Origin: Fuerstiella sp. | GTDB lineage: Bacteria; Planctomycetota; Planctomycetia; Planctomycetales; Planctomycetaceae | NCBI GenBank assembly: GCA_024230215.1 | Contig: JAAERP010000192.1 | Location: 1-64,000 of the forward strand | Reading direction: 5' to 3' | DNA length: 64,000 bases | Part shown: positions 59,996 to 64,000 of the stretch, in pieces | Numbering within the stretch: position 1 is the first letter of the stretch | How the letters are laid out: each line of letters opens with the position of its first letter | Translations under genes and position numbers: made by a program | The notes under the pieces: model-generated | What the model was told of the DNA's origin: nothing | What the model saw: the letters and a program-made list of their open reading frames with translations, nothing else | Databases searched by the model: none

Positions 59996-62626
59996 TCAAT
60001 CGACAAACATAAATTCGTTGGCCAGCATCAACGTCTGAGCAAGTTGTGCGACAGCACCGAGCCGAGAGGTTGCGGCTTCCGACGAAAATTCGGCTTTCGA
60101 GTCCCACGTTCGTACCTGTTGACCGTTAACGGACTGCTCGATCGTGATATTCCACGTGAAACTATCGTGGCTTTCGCTGGCACCGCAGTCTGCAACGAAG
60201 TCGATCGGCTCACCCGCCCTGATCGTGAACTCTTCCGTTGACAACGCGGTACTTCTGTCGTGGACGTGAGATGTTCCCAGAGATCGATCGTGAAACAGAA
60301 CATGTCCGTGGACTCCATCGCCCTGAGCCGTGGGATGTCCAAGAAGACTGCGGATTCTTATCGAACAGTCGCGGTCAGCAATCCAGCGTCTGATTGGGCA
60401 GTGTTGCAGGTCGCGACCGGTGTGCCCGCCCTCACGATTCAGACTGCACCAGCCGAGTTTCTGATCGGGCAGTTTGTCGCTGCCCCCCCATCGGTTTTCA
60501 TGCCAGACCGGCATTGGCTCATACCTCAGAATTTTCGTTTTTTCACTGTCGATTTCCCCCCAACCGTAGTGCCAGCCGACACCGCCGTTGGTCGTCGGAA
60601 TCAATTCTGCGGTTGCCGTCAGAAATGACGTTGCCGTCGTGACTTCGTGCTTGGTCGGTCTGCGTTGTAGAATTCTGATAAACAGTTCACTGATTATTGC
60701 GTCCGGCTGGCTGATGCTGTTCCGGGTGAATTGCGTGGCAATCGATTCCGCCTGCTCGATTACAAAGGGATTGTTCAGTTGAAACAGCGCCTGTTGCGGC
60801 ACTGTGGTTTCGAACCGTTGTGACACGTGGTTGTCCGGGTTGGCAAAATCAAAGGTGCGAAAAGTGCCCGGAAGGTTCTGGCGATCAATCCGAGCGTAAA
60901 CAGTGCGGCGTCTGGCGAACGGCATTTTCGTGATGTCGAAAGACGTTCCGCCCACATTCTGATCCAGATTTCCGGAGACCGTCAGCAGCGCGTCGCGAAA
61001 TGCTTCAAAGTTCAGTCGTCGCCGCGACATTCTGGCCATCAGGCGATTTTCCGGATCAGCGTCCGTGATGTCCGGTCGCGGAGCACTACTGCGTCGCCAT
61101 GTTTGTGATGTTAAAATGTGGCGAATGACGGCCTTCCGCGACCAGTTGTTCCTGATGAAAAACGTCGCCAGATGATCAAGAAGTTCCGGGTGTGAAGGTG
61201 GTGGTGTTCGCACGCCAAAATCACTGGGTGAGTCCACCAGTCCTGTTCCGAACAGCCGCAGCCAGATGCGGTTGACCGCCACCCTCGCTGTCAGCGGGTT
61301 GTCCGGACTAGCGATCTTCTTCGCAAGCTCCAGACGACCGCTGCCATCGGTGAATGCCTCTGGTTCGCCCTTTGACAACGCGGTCAGGAAATGCCGGGAC
61401 ACTCGAGCACCACGATTCCCCGCACTGCCCCGGATAAAGATGACGGGTTCACGAGGTTGCTCGCGATCCACCAACCGCAATGGGGAAGGTTCATCCTGCG
61501 GTTCGTGTGACGAATCAAAAACTCCGTACAGGCTGTAGTAGTCGGCCATCGGAATCGGATCAGATTTGTGGTCGTGGCAGCGAGCACACGTCACCGTCAG
61601 CCCCATCGTGCCGCGCGATACCACATCGATGCGGTCGTCGATGATGTCCGGTGTCTTGTTCAGAAATCGCCGGCCCAGCGTCAGAAACCCCATCGCTGCC
61701 AGCTGTTGCGGGTCCTGGTTGTCCGGCAGCCGGTCGCCCGCCAACTGCCGAATCAGGAACTCATTGTATGGCATGTCAGAATTCAGCGACCTGATCACCC
61801 ATTCTCGAAACCGCCACGCCTCTTTGTATTCACGGCTTGCCGTGAATACGTATCCCTTTGTGTCGGCGTAGCGGGCCACATCCAGCCAGTATCGCCCCCA
61901 GCGTTCGCCAAACTGCGGCGTCGCCAGCAGGCGGTCGGCATAGTCGTCCAGCCAGACGTTCAACTGTCGCGGATCGCCGAGGGCCGCGACTTCGTCAAGG
62001 TCCTTCGCATCCGGGGGCAGGCCGATGATTGCAACCGACATCCGACGCACCAGAGTCCGGCCGTCAGCCTGAGGCGACGGGTTCATACTCTGGTTCCGCA
62101 GTCGTCGTTCGATGAATGCGTCAACCGGATGCGTCGACTGACTCGCGCCGGCAGGTGGAGTCGGATCCGCGATCGGCTGGAATGCCCAGTGCTTTTTCCA
62201 TGACTCAGCATCGATGGCTTTCGCTTTTCCGAAGTCCATCGTCTCCGGCCAGTGCGCTCCGTCGCGAATCCACCTTCTGACTGTTTCTATTTCAGGTTCG
62301 TCAAGCTTCGCCTTCGGAGGCATCTGTGCGTCGTCGTCGGAATAGAGAATTACCTGCAGCAGTCGACTGTCGGCGACCTGCTTTCGATTCACCAGGGCCG
62401 CCACTTCGGCTGTGCCGGTCAACATCTGATCGCGAGAATCCAGTCGGAGGTCGCCTTCCTGCTTATCGGGTCCGTGGCATGCGACGCATTTTTCGATCAG
62501 TAATGGACGAATGTGACGTTCAAAAAACACTTCTCGTTCATCTGCGTTTGCAGCGACAGCTGAGAAGCTCGTCAGGGCGATGGCGAGCAGCTGGTAGCGC
62601 ATCACATACTGCCACCATTGAGCCAT
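59996..62626 (-). CDS. DUF1549/DUF1553 protein with N-terminal Planctomycete cytochrome-c-like (PSCyt) CxxCH domain
   Basis: KCVACHGPDKQEGDLRLD heme-binding-like motif, then DUF1549 and DUF1553 regions. Signal peptide from the ATG at 62626 or 62602; the ORF track starts at 62704. Canonical partner of the adjacent DUF1501 gene. Confidence 0.9.
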   Translation of the reverse strand: MAQWWQYVMRYQLLAIALTSFSAVAANADEREVFFERHIRPLLIEKCVACHGPDKQEGDLRLDSRDQMLTGTAEVAALVNRKQVADSRLLQVILYSDDDAQMPPKAKLDEPEIETVRRWIRDGAHWPETMDFGKAKAIDAESWKKHWAFQPIADPTPPAGASQSTHPVDAFIERRLRNQSMNPSPQADGRTLVRRMSVAIIGLPPDAKDLDEVAALGDPRQLNVWLDDYADRLLATPQFGERWGRYWLDVARYADTKGYVFTASREYKEAWRFREWVIRSLNSDMPYNEFLIRQLAGDRLPDNQDPQQLAAMGFLTLGRRFLNKTPDIIDDRIDVVSRGTMGLTVTCARCHDHKSDPIPMADYYSLYGVFDSSHEPQDEPSPLRLVDREQPREPVIFIRGSAGNRGARVSRHFLTALSKGEPEAFTDGSGRLELAKKIASPDNPLTARVAVNRIWLRLFGTGLVDSPSDFGVRTPPPSHPELLDHLATFFIRNNWSRKAVIRHILTSQTWRRSSAPRPDITDADPENRLMARMSRRRLNFEAFRDALLTVSGNLDQNVGGTSFDITKMPFARRRTVYARIDRQNLPGTFRTFDFANPDNHVSQRFETTVPQQALFQLNNPFVIEQAESIATQFTRNSISQPDAIISELFIRILQRRPTKHEVTTATSFLTATAELIPTTNGGVGWHYGWGEIDSEKTKILRYEPMPVWHENRWGGSDKLPDQKLGWCSLNREGGHTGRDLQHCPIRRWIADRDCSIRIRSLLGHPTAQGDGVHGHVLFHDRSLGTSHVHDRSTALSTEEFTIRAGEPIDFVADCGASESHDSFTWNITIEQSVNGQQVRTWDSKAEFSSEAATSRLGAVAQLAQTLMLANEFMFVD

Positions 62627-62999
62627 GAACGCACAGAATTGCTGAATTGCTGACGAGTGGTGCCGCTGTGTATATACGGCAACCTGAATTGTGGAGAAAG
62701 GCATGGCGGGGTGACGATGCGGAGGCGGGAGGGAGATGCGGGCGGAGGGATTTTATCTCCCGGTTACATCATAGCCGCCCGCACAGGCCGCGTCGACGAA
62801 AAGTCAATTTATGTCGTCGACGCAGCCCCTGCTTGTGCCGCTGATTTCAATGTCTGACACAGTCAGGGCAGCAGATGGGCAGTGCCGAAGACAAGTCTGG
62901 TCAAGTGTCAAACTGCTGTGATCGTCGATGGCCGTGCGTTTCACTCCACATCGAGGCCACCTTCTGGAAGAATGGAGGGCTTCCACTTCCTACTCTGAT

Positions 63000-64000
63000 A
63001 TGGCCAGCCTCATGACACAGAAAAAGTACCGATCTCGCGCAATGGTCGCCTGTTGTGCTCTGCTCTACGCCACCAGTCTTTTTGCATGGGACGGACAGAC
63101 TCGTCCCTCTGCCAACGACAAAGACCTGAAGACCTGGCTGCAGAACATGTACTGGCACCATCGGTACACGAGCGAAGAGATGCAGCAGGTGACCGGACTG
63201 GCCGCGGCCGAAGTCGCGGCAAAGCTGCAGCAATTCAAGATCAGCGACAGCACTCGTCCAAAGCGTCCGGACGACAAAGTGCTCGTGCTGCCGTATCCAG
63301 GGGGCCGTCACCCGCGTATCGGATTTCTTGAAGGCGCGATTGAGCCGCAGCGGGAAACGAAGCTCAGCGTATTTTGTCCGTGGGACGACAAAAGCTATGC
63401 GGTTATGGATGTGCCGGAAGCGATCTGGTCGAATCTTGGCCTGACCTATCTCGCGCACACGCACGTCGACACCATCTGGACAAAACAGGGAGTTGATCTT
63501 GCTCAGCAGGAGTGGGCAGTGCTGCCGGATGGTAACTTTGTACTGGAACGCAAACTTCCGAACGGCATTGTCTTTGGCACCAAGGTCATTCCAATGAAAG
63601 ACCACGTGCGCATGAAGATGTGGCTAACCAACGGAACGGACAAGCCGCTGTCGGACCTGCGAGTACAAAACTGCGTCATGCTGAAGGACGCAATGGGTTT
63701 CGAACAGCAGAGCAATGACAACAAGACGTTCGTGAACGGCTATGCCGTCGTTAGGTCTCCCGATGGCAGTCGCTGGATGATCAGCGGCTGGGATCCTGTG
63801 CATCGACCATGGGGCAATGCACGTTGTCCGTGTCTGCATTCCGACCCGAAGTTTCCGAACTGTGAGCCCGGAGAAACCAAATGGCTGCGTGGCTGGTTTT
63901 CGTTTTATGAGGGCACAGACATCAATGCGGAGCTGGCTCGCATTGAAGCCACCGGCTGGCGCAAACATCCTCTGCATCATGTGACCGGCAACGTCACCGG
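63000..64000 (+). CDS. Hypothetical secreted protein, 5' partial (runs off the window end)
   Basis: Stop-free frame of at least 333 codons from the ATG at 63000 or 63012. Signal peptide MTQKKYRSRAMVACCALLYATSLFAW and protein-like composition. Absent from the ORF track because it lacks a stop. The listed minus ORFs 62901-63605 and 63624-63980 are Arg-rich antisense artefacts. Confidence 0.6.
   Translation, partial: MASLMTQKKYRSRAMVACCALLYATSLFAWDGQTRPSANDKDLKTWLQNMYWHHRYTSEEMQQVTGLAAAEVAAKLQQFKISDSTRPKRPDDKVLVLPYPGGRHPRIGFLEGAIEPQRETKLSVFCPWDDKSYAVMDVPEAIWSNLGLTYLAHTHVDTIWTKQGVDLAQQEWAVLPDGNFVLERKLPNGIVFGTKVIPMKDHVRMKMWLTNGTDKPLSDLRVQNCVMLKDAMGFEQQSNDNKTFVNGYAVVRSPDGSRWMISGWDPVHRPWGNARCPCLHSDPKFPNCEPGETKWLRGWFSFYEGTDINAELARIEATGWRKHPLHHVTGNVT

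Noticed and set aside
60484-60490. C7 homopolymer inside the DUF1553 gene
   Set aside because: The reading frame is intact across it, and such runs are common in this GC-rich genome. Unlike the tract at 38366-38372, it is not associated with a frame break.
62901-63980. Two minus ORFs (234 and 118 aa) at the window end
   Set aside because: Arg/His-rich composition, and antisense to a long stop-free + frame with a signal peptide and balanced composition.
1-64000. CRISPR arrays, rRNA/tRNA genes, transposase/integrase genes
   Set aside because: No short direct-repeat/spacer periodicity and no rRNA-like conserved stretches. No tRNA cloverleaf was noticed in intergenic regions by eye. No transposase, integrase or recombinase motifs appeared among the ORFs. 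A tRNAscan or Infernal run would be needed to exclude small RNAs fully.

Overview
64-kb chromosomal segment with the hallmarks of a Planctomycetota genome: about 55-60% GC, three sulfatases with the C-x-P-x-R motif, Tat-signal Gfo/Idh/MocA oxidoreductases, a DUF1501 + DUF1549/DUF1553/PSCyt pair, DUF1080 and PmoA-family (PF14100/DUF6807-like) proteins, and an N-terminal LEHLEDRQLLAA leader on a secreted protein. About 37 protein-coding genes are supported; no rRNA, tRNA, CRISPR array or obvious mobile element was recognised by eye. Housekeeping anchors are rsmB, priA, xylB and two ECF sigma factors.

Most noteworthy:
1. A co-directional cluster of an NfeD/YqiJ-like membrane protein, a YqiK-type flotillin (SPFH) and a 1870-aa protein whose only recognisable module is a late AAA+ P-loop. 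This is a candidate undescribed flotillin-associated system.
2. An ECF sigma factor followed by a protein fusing a zf-HC2 anti-sigma motif, a Ser/Thr kinase, a TM helix and a DJ-1/PfpI domain. Directly downstream is a large secreted GH-like + cadherin/Ig-repeat protein broken by two frame changes, one at a C7 homopolymer.
3. A YtrA-type GntR-ABC-permease operon with a perfect 12-bp palindromic operator between an extended -10 and the start codon.
4. An ArgZ/AgrE-like arginine dihydrolase.
5. A sulfatase / PmoA-like / enolase-superfamily / Gfo / BNR / DUF1501-DUF1553 island, probably for sulfated glycan catabolism.
6. A DUF1080 gene remnant.
7. A cNMP-binding gene whose 3' end is overrun by a real antisense membrane-protein gene.
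8. A confident unlisted partial ORF running off the window end.
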